64,000 bases of DNA from Bacteroidales bacterium (GCA_965230045.1 OZ245940.1:458900-522899), one strand, 5' to 3'; positions 47,452-56,079 are shown, counted from the first letter of the stretch. The notes: generated from the sequence alone by a model not told the origin. Made by a program: numbers and translations.

Positions 47452-48032
47452 AAAAATTGATGGAAATTAAAAGCCTCAAACCCTTCGCATTGGTTGGAGG
47501 CACCGCATTGTCATTGAAATACGGACATCGGATTTCTATTGACCTTGACTTGTTCCATAACCAAAAATTTGATAATAAAACCATAGCTAATGCGCTGTCA
47601 GATTCATTCGGTTCTGCATTTGATTATAAACCGCAACACGAATATTTTGGCGTTTTTTGCTATATCTCCGGGGTTAAAACAGATATGGTACATTATCCAC
47701 ACCCTCTGATTCAACCCATTGAAGAAAAAGAAGGCATCCGGATGTATTCCGATGCTGACCTGGTTGCCATGAAAATCCAGGCCATACTCGGTAGGGGGCG
47801 CCGAAAAGATTTTTATGATCTTTATGAACTATTGCAGCATTATGAACTTAACCGGATTATCGATTGGCATAAACAAAAATTCCCTAACCAGATGCTGGCC
47901 ATTAGCATCCCTCATGCAATGACGTATTTTACCGATGCAGATGATGATGCAAGCCCGAAAAGCCTGAAAGGAATAAGCTGGGAGGATGTGAAAAGCGGAA
48001 TTTCGGGCATAGTGCGTGATTTCCTTTCTTAG
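47406..48032 (+). CDS. Nucleotidyltransferase AbiEii/AbiGii toxin-family protein (short form)
   Basis: 208 aa. FALVGGTALSLKYGHRISIDLDLF is the GG...S-x-D-x-D nucleotidyltransferase signature of DUF1814/AbiEii. Also KDFYDLYELL. Confidence 0.65.
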   Translation: MLQTQTVEPGTFSVLKKLMEIKSLKPFALVGGTALSLKYGHRISIDLDLFHNQKFDNKTIANALSDSFGSAFDYKPQHEYFGVFCYISGVKTDMVHYPHPLIQPIEEKEGIRMYSDADLVAMKIQAILGRGRRKDFYDLYELLQHYELNRIIDWHKQKFPNQMLAISIPHAMTYFTDADDDASPKSLKGISWEDVKSGISGIVRDFLS

Positions 48033-48130
48033 ACAAAAAATATTTTCAAAAAACCAATGCGCAAATATTGTTTATAAAGCGCTGTTTATCATGATATTAT
48101 ATGCTAAACAACAGCAAGCCAAAAATAAAT

Positions 48131-48226
48131 TTGTCTAAAAGACAGGGTTGTTTTAGAGGTTTTTGTCTAAAATAAGGGGTTGTTTTCGACATTTTTGTCT
48201 GAAAAACAGGCTTGTTTTAATTTTTT
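48131..48226. repeat. Three tandem 32-bp direct repeats (TTGTCTRAAA..A..GG.TTGTTTT........TT)
   Basis: Units start at 48131, 48163 and 48195 with an exact 32-bp period. There are no spacers. They lie 170 bp upstream of the ATPase gene. Confidence 0.75.
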
Positions 48227-48395
48227 ATGTAACTTTGGTAAAATATTTATCTACAAATGAGCATGAAACTGAACATGACTGAATAATATAAACCCCAGTT
48301 CTACTGAGCCATGCAGAAGTGAACGATAAAGATTGTTCTGTCATGTGATGTTCTCTTATAGTTGTTAGATTCATAAAAAATCAAATTATAATCTG

Positions 48396-49757
48396 ATGAA
48401 ACGTTTTTTAATGGAATATCTGGAGGGCTGGATTGCCAACTCACGACGCAAGCCCTTAATTTTGCGCGGTGCTCGTCAGGTTGGGAAAACTTACCTGATT
48501 GATAAATTAGGCCAGAGCTCATTCAAATATTATCTGAAGGCTAATCCTGAAAGAAATCCTGAGTTAAAGTCGGTTTTTGAACAGAATAACCCCCAGATTA
48601 TTATCAATGAGTTGTCAGCCATTTATAATGTACCCGTTATAGAGGGCGAAACCCTTATCTTCATTGACGAAATCCAATCGCTTCCTGAAGCAATTATTGC
48701 CTTAAGGTACTTTTATGAAGATATGCCCGGATTGCATATTGTTGCGGCGGGATCTCTTTTGGACCACACACTTAACGAGATCCAATATTCAATGCCAGTA
48801 GGCCGTTTGGAGTTTGCTTATCTTTATCCAATGAATTTCCCGGAATTTCTTATCGCTAATGGTCAGGAAGCACTCTATAACTATATTTCATTATTTGATT
48901 TCCATAAAACTTTCAGCAAGGCAATTCATAAAAAACTTGCCGGCTGGCTGCGTTTATATTTCTTCATAGGGGGGATGCCGGAAGCTGTAAAAGCTTATGT
49001 GGAAACTCAAAATTTACTTGAAGTAGAAAAAATACAACAATCCATATTGACCTCTTTCAAATATGATTTCGCAAAATACGGTTCCAGAAAAGAACAGGAA
49101 TATCTGAATGAATGCCTCGAATATGCCGGAGGAAATATCGGAAAAAAAGTAAAGTACAGCAATATCAACAAAAACGCCCATTCACGTGATTTAAAGGAGG
49201 CATTGATTAAATTGCAATTAAGCAGGATTATCCATCTTGTTTATAAAACCGGATCTTCTAAAGTGCCCATTAACCAGTATCAAGACAAAAACATTTTTAA
49301 ACTACTGTTTTTGGATATTGGTTTGGCCTGCAATCTGGCAAAAATTAAACTTAACGAGATTCAGGACATTGTTACGGATTTTGAAGGGATCCTTGCCGAA
49401 CAGTTTATTGGTCAGGAGTTAATCAGTGGTTTTGAGCCTTTTGAAGATGCAGGTTTGTTTTATTGGTTACGAGAAAAAAGAGGCTCCGGTTCGGAAGTTG
49501 ATTTTTTGTTTCAAATTGGCAACCATATTTTCCCAATTGAAGTAAAAGCAGGCAAAACAGGATCGCTAAAATCGCTCCATGTATATTTAGCTGAGAAAAA
49601 ACAAAACAAAGCCGTGCGCTTTAATCTTGATTTGCCCTCCTTTGGCGAGGGTCTCACGGCTAAAACCAACCTCAACATGGAAAACAGTTCATTTGAATTT
49701 GACCTTTACAGTCTGCCGCTTTATTTGGCCGCTTTCATCAGGAAGATAGTGAAGTAA
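48396..49757 (+). CDS. AAA-type ATPase with a DUF4143-like C-terminal domain (PD-(D/E)xK-like motif)
   Basis: 453 aa. Walker A GARQVGKT, Walker B LIFIDEIQ, and a C-terminal EVDFLF...PIEVKAG motif. Confidence 0.7.
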   Translation: MKRFLMEYLEGWIANSRRKPLILRGARQVGKTYLIDKLGQSSFKYYLKANPERNPELKSVFEQNNPQIIINELSAIYNVPVIEGETLIFIDEIQSLPEAIIALRYFYEDMPGLHIVAAGSLLDHTLNEIQYSMPVGRLEFAYLYPMNFPEFLIANGQEALYNYISLFDFHKTFSKAIHKKLAGWLRLYFFIGGMPEAVKAYVETQNLLEVEKIQQSILTSFKYDFAKYGSRKEQEYLNECLEYAGGNIGKKVKYSNINKNAHSRDLKEALIKLQLSRIIHLVYKTGSSKVPINQYQDKNIFKLLFLDIGLACNLAKIKLNEIQDIVTDFEGILAEQFIGQELISGFEPFEDAGLFYWLREKRGSGSEVDFLFQIGNHIFPIEVKAGKTGSLKSLHVYLAEKKQNKAVRFNLDLPSFGEGLTAKTNLNMENSSFEFDLYSLPLYLAAFIRKIVK

Positions 49758-49761
49758 CCAA

Positions 49762-49795
49762 CCAAAAAAAGCCACAGGTCATCCCCGCGGCTTTT
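49762..49795 (-). terminator. Rho-independent terminator of the ECF sigma operon (may also serve the convergent plus-strand gene)
   Basis: On the minus strand, AAGCCGC-loop-GUGGCUU (49769-49793, with one G-U pair) is followed by UUUUUUU (49764-49770). Confidence 0.6.
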
Positions 49796-49814
49796 GAAAA
49801 TACTGACTGATAAG

Positions 49815-50396
49815 TTATTTTTTGTCCGAATCGGAATCTTTATCTTCATCATGATCATTCAGCTTGTCCAGTTTTTCCATGCCCTTCATGTTCATGGTCT
49901 GGGCAATTTTGCCAATGTTCTTCATGTCCAGCATACCCGTAATGCTGATGGCTGTTGAGCTGTTGCCTTCTTCAACCAGCAAAAGAAGTTCCTTGATCTT
50001 TTTGCCTTTTTTGTGGATCAGGAATTTTACATCCTCTCCGCCGTCTTTTACCGACATCAGCTCCACATAGGATTTTGGCAAATCTTTCATTACTTCTTCA
50101 TAAAGGTTGACCACCGGGCCGTCATAATCGTCGCCGGGTTCAAAAGAAAGCACACGGATTCCTTCGAGTTGTTCGGTCAGCTCTTTGATCTGTTCGAGTT
50201 CTTCCACATTTTCGCCATCTTTATTTACTTCGATTTCGTTGAAAAGGGCGAAAAGTTCTTTGTTCATTTTCACGGTAGTGAAACCATCTTTGCCGTTGTA
50301 TTTTTCAAAAACAGCATCCATCGGGCTCTGTGCCATCATCATTGCAGGGATAGCGAGCATGAGCAGTGTTGCGAAAATTGATTTAATTGTTTTCAT
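49815..50396 (-). CDS. DUF4252-family secreted protein
   Basis: 193 aa. Signal peptide, FEKYNGKDGFTTVKMNKELFALF, and an acidic tail. It has the typical position downstream of an ECF sigma/anti-sigma pair. Confidence 0.7.
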   Translation of the reverse strand: MKTIKSIFATLLMLAIPAMMMAQSPMDAVFEKYNGKDGFTTVKMNKELFALFNEIEVNKDGENVEELEQIKELTEQLEGIRVLSFEPGDDYDGPVVNLYEEVMKDLPKSYVELMSVKDGGEDVKFLIHKKGKKIKELLLLVEEGNSSTAISITGMLDMKNIGKIAQTMNMKGMEKLDKLNDHDEDKDSDSDKK

Positions 50397-50400
50397 GGTA

Positions 50401-50982
50401 TTAGTTGTTTAAAGGTGATTTAATTTTCTGTGAATATGTATTAAATTTCTTGATCTGATCAGCCGTTTGATCTACTTTACGGTTCAACAGGTCAAATTTA
50501 TCAAGCGATGATCCGGCTTCGTTCAGTTTGCCAACCGGTGATGCAGATTCCATTCCGGTATTCATTTTTGCGGAAATAAATCCCAGTACTTTTTTGGTTT
50601 GATCGTAGGCAATATTGACTTCTTCCTGTGAATAGGTATTCATCATGCCCGAATTATTTAAAAAGAGGAAAGTTGTGGCCAGAATAAGGGCCAGCGCTGC
50701 GGCTATAGCAAAACGTCCGTTCCAGAAGCGCAGGGATTTCCTGTCGGCGGCGGTTTCTTCCTCGTCCAAGCCGAGCCATTCGTCGAGCATTTCACCGGAA
50801 GGGCCGCTCAGTGCGCTGCTTTGCTCGATACCGCTAAAAAGTTTTTTATAGCATTTTAAATGCTCCGGCACATCATCGCGCCGGAAGAGCTCTTTCAGCT
50901 CCTTTTCTTCCTCCAGCGTGCTGAGGCCGCTGAAGTACTTCTCCAATAACTTATCTGCCACCTGCCAGTTCATAATTTTCAA
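50401..50982 (-). CDS. Putative single-pass anti-sigma factor
   Basis: 193 aa. Cytoplasmic N-terminal domain and one TM segment (FAIAAALALILATTFLFL). It overlaps the sigma gene's 3' end. Confidence 0.5.
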   Translation of the reverse strand: MKIMNWQVADKLLEKYFSGLSTLEEEKELKELFRRDDVPEHLKCYKKLFSGIEQSSALSGPSGEMLDEWLGLDEEETAADRKSLRFWNGRFAIAAALALILATTFLFLNNSGMMNTYSQEEVNIAYDQTKKVLGFISAKMNTGMESASPVGKLNEAGSSLDKFDLLNRKVDQTADQIKKFNTYSQKIKSPLNN

Positions 50983-51469
50983 TTTTTTGATATTCGTTCC
51001 TTATTTTCTTTCTTGCCCTCGAAAGATTTACCCTTATATAATTTACCGTCATTCCGGTGATCTCCGAAATCTCCTCATATTCATATTCTTCCACATCCCG
51101 CAAATACATAATTTCGCTTTGTGCTTCCGGTAGTTTTTGCATCAGCTTGCGGATAAGCCCCAGCGAATCCTTGTCGGAAGCAATGTGAAAAGGGGTTTGC
51201 TCCTGCATTTGCTCCGGCACTTCCTGTGTGCTTTTCAGGCGGTTTTGCGCCGATTTAAGTTTATCGAGGCAATAATTCCGCATCATTTTTATGGCCAAAG
51301 CTTCCTGACTTTCGTATTTATCCCATCCATCGCGGCCTTTCCACAGGCGGAGGTAAATCTCCTGCACGGCGTCCATGGCCTCTTCGGGCTTTCGCAGGAA
51401 AGCCAATGCATATCGGTATAGCCTGTCTTTCATGGGATAAAATATTGTTTTAAAGCTTTCAGCAGTCAT
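50951..51469 (-). CDS. ECF-type RNA polymerase sigma-70 factor
   Basis: 172 aa. Region 2 (AMDAVQEIYLRLW) and region 4 HTH (YEEISEITGMTVNYIRVNLSRARKKI). Confidence 0.85.
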   Translation of the reverse strand: MTAESFKTIFYPMKDRLYRYALAFLRKPEEAMDAVQEIYLRLWKGRDGWDKYESQEALAIKMMRNYCLDKLKSAQNRLKSTQEVPEQMQEQTPFHIASDKDSLGLIRKLMQKLPEAQSEIMYLRDVEEYEYEEISEITGMTVNYIRVNLSRARKKIRNEYQKIENYELAGGR

Positions 51470-51565
51470 AACACTAAGATAGACGATAAAGCGTGGATTG
51501 CATTACACGAGGCTCAAAAAAAAATTCAATTATGTTGAAATCGGGTTTGCAAGCGCTTGATTCTT

Positions 51566-51596
51566 TTTGGATAAGTGTAGGATTTACCTATTTTTG
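51566..51596 (+). promoter_or_regulatory. Bacteroidota-type promoter: -33 TTTG (51566-51569) and -7 TATTTTTG (51589-51596)
   Basis: Exact TAnnTTTG with a 19-nt spacer, 58 nt upstream of the transporter ATG. Confidence 0.5.
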
Positions 51597-51654
51597 TAGC
51601 CTTTATCTGGGAATCATGACCACTAAATTAATTATAAATTAAAATTCTCCAATT

Positions 51655-53190
51655 ATGTTTAAAGGACAACCTAAAGGACTGATCCCTGCTGCTTTGGCAA
51701 ATATGGGTGAACGTTTTGGTTTCTACACCATGATGGCTATCCTTGTACTGTTTCTCCAGGCAAAATTCAACCTGGATGAAACCAATGCAGGAATCATTTA
51801 CTCAATTTTCTACTTCTCGATCTACTTCCTTGCGCTTGTTGGTGGTATTATTGCCGACAAAATCAAAAACTTTAAAGGCACCATTCTCGTGGGTATTATT
51901 ACCATGACGATTGGTTACCTGATTCTCGCAATTCCTACAAAAACACCTGTTCCTAATCAAACCCTCTTCCTGGCCCTTTCCAGCTTTGCACTATTTATTA
52001 TTGCTTTTGGTAATGGCCTTTTCAAAGGGAACCTTCAGGCTTTGGTGGGTCAGATGTACGACAACCCCAAATATGATGGAGTAAGGGATTCCGGTTTCCA
52101 GATTTTCTATATGTTCATTAATGTGGGTGCTGTTTTTGCTCCATTTACTGCTGTAGGTATCCGTAACTGGTGGCTTGCCAACAATGGTTATGAATATGAT
52201 GCCGCACTTCCCGGCCTATGCCACCAGCAATTAGGCGGAACACTCTCCGAAACCCAGGCAGCTGCATTCCAGGAAGCTGCAAATACAGCCACAATGAACG
52301 GTAGCGCTGCTAACCTTACCGAATTTGCTTCTGATTACCTGAATGTATTTACTACCGGTTTCCACTATGCTTTCGGTATTGCCATTATTGCCATGCTTAT
52401 CTCACTGGTCGTTTATATCGTAAACAAAAACGGATTCCCGGATGTGAAAGTCAGCAAAGATACTGACGACAGCGATTCAACAAAAATCAAGATGGATCCT
52501 AAAGAAGTGAAACAACGTATTTACGCACTGGTTGCTGTATTTGGTGTTGTAATTTTCTTCTGGTTCTCCTTCCACCAAAATGGACTTACACTCACTTATT
52601 TCGCGAAAGATTATACCGATTTAAGTGCTATTAAACTAGATATAGGCGGTTTCAAACTGGTAGGTGCCGAACTTTTCCAGTCTGTTAACCCATTCTTTGT
52701 AGTATTCCTTACGCCTATTATTGTTGCTTTCTTTGGATGGCTGCGTGCTAAAGGCAAAGAGCCCAGTACTCCTAAAAAGATTGCTATTGGTATGCTTATC
52801 GCCGCTTTAGGTTATGTTGTTATGGTTATGGGATCACTGGATCTTCCTATGCTGAGCAAGGTAAAAGAAATGGGTGGACTGCCCGATGCGCAAAAAGTTA
52901 CTCCTTTTATCCTGATCGGAACCTACTTTATCCTTACTGTTGCTGAGCTTTTCATCAGCCCGCTGGGAATTTCATTCGTTTCAAAAGTAGCTCCTCCACA
53001 ATACCAGGGTATTATGCAGGGGCTGTGGCTTGGCGCAACAGCAGTAGGTAACCAACTGCTCTTTATCGGTGCCATCTTCTACGAAAGCATCCCAATCTGG
53101 ACAACCTGGAGCATCTTTGTTGTAGCTTGTCTGATTTCCATGTTCACAATCCTCTTTATGCTTAAGTGGCTTGAAAGAGTATCCAGCTAA
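51655..53190 (+). CDS. Proton-dependent oligopeptide transporter (POT/PTR2 family, MFS)
   Basis: 511 aa. GERFGFYTMMAILVLFL (the ExxERFxYY-like motif), FYFSIYFLALVGGIIADK, and 14 TM-like segments. Confidence 0.85.
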   Translation: MFKGQPKGLIPAALANMGERFGFYTMMAILVLFLQAKFNLDETNAGIIYSIFYFSIYFLALVGGIIADKIKNFKGTILVGIITMTIGYLILAIPTKTPVPNQTLFLALSSFALFIIAFGNGLFKGNLQALVGQMYDNPKYDGVRDSGFQIFYMFINVGAVFAPFTAVGIRNWWLANNGYEYDAALPGLCHQQLGGTLSETQAAAFQEAANTATMNGSAANLTEFASDYLNVFTTGFHYAFGIAIIAMLISLVVYIVNKNGFPDVKVSKDTDDSDSTKIKMDPKEVKQRIYALVAVFGVVIFFWFSFHQNGLTLTYFAKDYTDLSAIKLDIGGFKLVGAELFQSVNPFFVVFLTPIIVAFFGWLRAKGKEPSTPKKIAIGMLIAALGYVVMVMGSLDLPMLSKVKEMGGLPDAQKVTPFILIGTYFILTVAELFISPLGISFVSKVAPPQYQGIMQGLWLGATAVGNQLLFIGAIFYESIPIWTTWSIFVVACLISMFTILFMLKWLERVSS

Positions 53191-53212
53191 GAATATTTTA
53201 TCTGATATATGC

Positions 53213-53246
53213 AAAAACCGGGTTCTGATGAGCCTGGTTTTTTTGA
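53213..53246 (+). terminator. Rho-independent terminator of the POT transporter gene
   Basis: AACCGGG (53216-53222) pairs with CCTGGTT (53233-53239, one G-U pair), followed by a T-run to 53245. Confidence 0.6.
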
Positions 53247-53256
53247 TTTTAGCGCT

Positions 53257-53289
53257 ATTCATCGGATGACTCAAAGTCATCCGATGAAT
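53257..53289. repeat. Perfect 15-bp inverted repeat with a 3-nt loop (ATTCATCGGATGACT-caa-AGTCATCCGATGAAT)
   Basis: Read directly from the sequence. There is no adjoining T-run on either strand. Confidence 0.8.
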
Positions 53290-53391
53290 GAGCCAACAAT
53301 TCAATCATGATAAACGCCAAATGGTTCTTTTATAAACACTTTTGCACCATAATCGCAATGGGCGGGGTAGTGGAAAATGTTGCAAGAGGTA

Positions 53392-53814
53392 TTAATAAAA
53401 TCCAGGGAAATAACAAACACTCTTAATAAACACAGTGTCATAAGCTTTTCCAACTACAAATATCTGATTGTCCGTATTACATTCAATTAGTTTCAGTTCA
53501 CTGTTTATAAATTTCAATCCAATTGTTTTTACTTGCTCAATTGACCCAACTTCAATATATCCGGCTAAACCAATTATACAAGATGTTGTTAGCTTAAGTT
53601 TTTCCAATAAAGAATCATTCTTATATAGAAAAAGGGGTTCATTATCAAAGCCGGAGGTAAAACAGATTGCTACATTTCCTTTTCTAAGATCCTTTTGGCA
53701 ATCATCAACTTCTAAAGGTTCATAGATAATATTTAGTAGTCGATTCTTTGTTTGACAAGAACATGAAACTAACAGAACAGATAAAAGAATAAAAATTTGC
53801 TTATATTTTTTCAT
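53392..53814 (-). CDS. Small hypothetical lipoprotein
   Basis: 140 aa. Signal plus lipobox (LLVSCSC). AT-rich gene with no recognised family. Confidence 0.45.
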   Translation of the reverse strand: MKKYKQIFILLSVLLVSCSCQTKNRLLNIIYEPLEVDDCQKDLRKGNVAICFTSGFDNEPLFLYKNDSLLEKLKLTTSCIIGLAGYIEVGSIEQVKTIGLKFINSELKLIECNTDNQIFVVGKAYDTVFIKSVCYFPGFY

Positions 53815-54004
53815 GATAGTTTTTTGAAGCCATACCTATAATTCTTTTAGAGCTTTTGCAGGTTACCCGTATTAAGCACCGGGCTAATGTACAAACTTCT
53901 CCTGTTTGTGATTGTTTTGGCAAAAATGAGCAAAGAAAGAAGAAGTGATATTACTGTTCGTTGCATAACTCATAATGATTAGTAAAATGCGCAAAAATAG
54001 CTCA

Positions 54005-54235
54005 TTACTTCTTTTTCTTACCTTCTTTTGGTCTAATGTAAAAGATGCCTACAGTTAACAATAAAGAATTAAAAGCATACCTGTCCAAGTCATTGCAAAC
54101 CTCACGCCATGTTTTTGTTTTTGTTAAAGAAGGATCAATTCGAGCACCAGGAGGGCCAATTACCATTTCTCCAATAATGAAAATAGAAGCAAACGCCACA
54201 AACATAATAGAAAACAAAATCAAATCACGTTTCAT
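54005..54235 (-). CDS. Small hypothetical two-TM membrane protein
   Basis: 76 aa. Two hydrophobic segments and a lysine tail (KEGKKKK). Coding status is uncertain. Confidence 0.3.
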   Translation of the reverse strand: MKRDLILFSIMFVAFASIFIIGEMVIGPPGARIDPSLTKTKTWREVCNDLDRYAFNSLLLTVGIFYIRPKEGKKKK

Positions 54236-54262
54236 ATCTCATCATTTATAAAGTATTATATT

Positions 54263-54844
54263 TTAAGGCTTTGGCAAAGCATAATATGAGGGGTCGTTTT
54301 GGAGTTTTTCATAAACTTCTAAAAAAAAGCTATAAAAGCTGCTTTCCAAGCCTTTTTGTATCATAATTCTATCCCACTCAACAGAATATACAGCAATAAA
54401 ACCGTAACTGGCATTATAAAAGTACAGGCTCATTGGAACAGCATCCGGATCATCAACAATACAAGCAAACACATATATATCTTCTGTTTTTAAGTTATTA
54501 ACATTTGCCGGGATCGTATCTAAAAGAAAGAATAAACCGGCATATTTGCTACTTGCTTTTGCCGAAACCAAAGTATATGGAGAGAATATCAACACATTCC
54601 CAATGGGTATATCTTCATCATATCTAAATGCGCCCTCATTATAATGCTGAAGTATCCCCAAAGTTGAATCATTTATTACTTTCACTTGCATATCGAAAGT
54701 GTCTATGCGATCTACTTTTAGTGTCCCTGTACTATAGTTGTCTATTACCAGAAACTCTTGACTTTGTCGAATCCCACGCTCAAAACATGAACTTGATAAA
54801 GCCAGAAAAAGAACGACTGCCACTTTGTATATCTTGAATTTCAT
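54263..54844 (-). CDS. Small hypothetical lipoprotein
   Basis: 193 aa. Signal plus lipobox (ALSSSC). AT-rich gene with no recognised family. Confidence 0.45.
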   Translation of the reverse strand: MKFKIYKVAVVLFLALSSSCFERGIRQSQEFLVIDNYSTGTLKVDRIDTFDMQVKVINDSTLGILQHYNEGAFRYDEDIPIGNVLIFSPYTLVSAKASSKYAGLFFLLDTIPANVNNLKTEDIYVFACIVDDPDAVPMSLYFYNASYGFIAVYSVEWDRIMIQKGLESSFYSFFLEVYEKLQNDPSYYALPKP

Positions 54845-55093
54845 TTTTTTTTGAATTTCATTTTTCCTTTTAAAGCCATACCTATAATTCTTTTAAAGCC
54901 TTGTTGGCAACCGCATTCACTAACTATTATTTGTCTGTTATAGGTTTGTAGGCTATCCAATCTTACTACAATGCTAATTTACAAATATTTCAAATTGTAT
55001 CTACCACATCAATAATGCCATAAACTGAGTATCCTTCGTTAAGATTTTTTCTAAGTGCCCTGATCCTATCAAAGCAATACGTACTTTTGCCCT

Positions 55094-56041
55094 ATGAATC
55101 AATATCCCTGGGGGCATGATCGGCCTTTTAATGCTTATGCGGCTTATTTTAAAAAATATTTTGGTGAGCGGGTACAGAAACTTTCGGTTGATGCCGGTTT
55201 TACCTGCCCAAACCGTGATGGCAGCAAAGGAAACGGTGGTTGTACCTATTGCAACAACAGGGCATTCAATCCTTCCTATTGCACGCCTCAGAAGTCCATT
55301 CGTCAGCAATTGCTGGAAGGGATGGAATTTCATCAGATCCGGTATAAAACCAAAAAATATCTGGCCTATTTTCAGGCGTTCAGCAATACTTATGCCCCGC
55401 TGGATATCCTCAGAAAACGCTATGAAGAAGCCCTGGAAACAGAAGGTGTTGTTGGTCTGGTGATCGGTACACGCCCGGATTGCGTTAATGCGGAAATACT
55501 GGATTATCTGGCCGGGCTGGCAAAAAACAAATACATCATCGTGGAATATGGCATTGAGAGCGTTTATGACCAAACTCTGGAGCGTATCAACCGGGGACAT
55601 GATTTTGCCTGCGCCCAAAAAGCTGTGGCCGAAACCGCAAAAAGGGGTTTAAAATGCGGCGCACACTTTATTTTTGGACTGCCCGGTGAAAGCCGCGAAA
55701 TGATGCTGAACTCTGTAGAGGCCATCAAACAGCTGCCTTTATCGAGTATTAAGTTCCATCAGTTGCAAATAATCCGCGGAACACGCATGGCTGAGGAGTT
55801 TGCATTAAATCCGGAAGCATTTGCCCTCTTTGCGGAGATGGAGGATTATATTGATTTCATAGTGTCTTTCACGGAGCGGTTGAAGCCGGACATTATGATC
55901 GAGCGTTTTGCCGGAGAGGTAAGCCCAAAGCTGATTACAGGTCCGCGCTGGGGCAATATCCGCTACGATCAGGTATTGGTAGCGATTGAGAAGGAACTAA
56001 AAAGGCGGAATAGCTGGCAGGGAAAACTATACGCTGATTAA
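55094..56041 (+). CDS. TIGR01212-family radical SAM protein (YhcC-like)
   Basis: 315 aa. FTCPNRDGSKGNGGCTYCNN cysteine cluster, and the overall length and order typical of this family. Confidence 0.8.
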   Translation: MNQYPWGHDRPFNAYAAYFKKYFGERVQKLSVDAGFTCPNRDGSKGNGGCTYCNNRAFNPSYCTPQKSIRQQLLEGMEFHQIRYKTKKYLAYFQAFSNTYAPLDILRKRYEEALETEGVVGLVIGTRPDCVNAEILDYLAGLAKNKYIIVEYGIESVYDQTLERINRGHDFACAQKAVAETAKRGLKCGAHFIFGLPGESREMMLNSVEAIKQLPLSSIKFHQLQIIRGTRMAEEFALNPEAFALFAEMEDYIDFIVSFTERLKPDIMIERFAGEVSPKLITGPRWGNIRYDQVLVAIEKELKRRNSWQGKLYAD

Positions 56042-56045
56042 ACCC

Positions 56046-56079
56046 ACAAAAAAAGCCACCCCAAAATGGAGCGGCTTTA
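56046..56079 (-). terminator. Rho-independent terminator of the 995-aa T9SS cargo gene
   Basis: On the minus strand, AAAGCCGC-loop-GUGGCUUU (56052-56078, one G-U pair) is followed by a U-run (56048-56054). Confidence 0.55.

Noticed and set aside
48131-48226. Considered the three 32-bp repeats as a degenerate CRISPR array
   Set aside because: The units are directly contiguous with no spacers, are only partly conserved, and no cas genes are nearby.
55001-55618. 205-aa minus-strand ORF
   Set aside because: It overlaps the 5' half of the TIGR01212 radical SAM gene in antisense and has no family resemblance.
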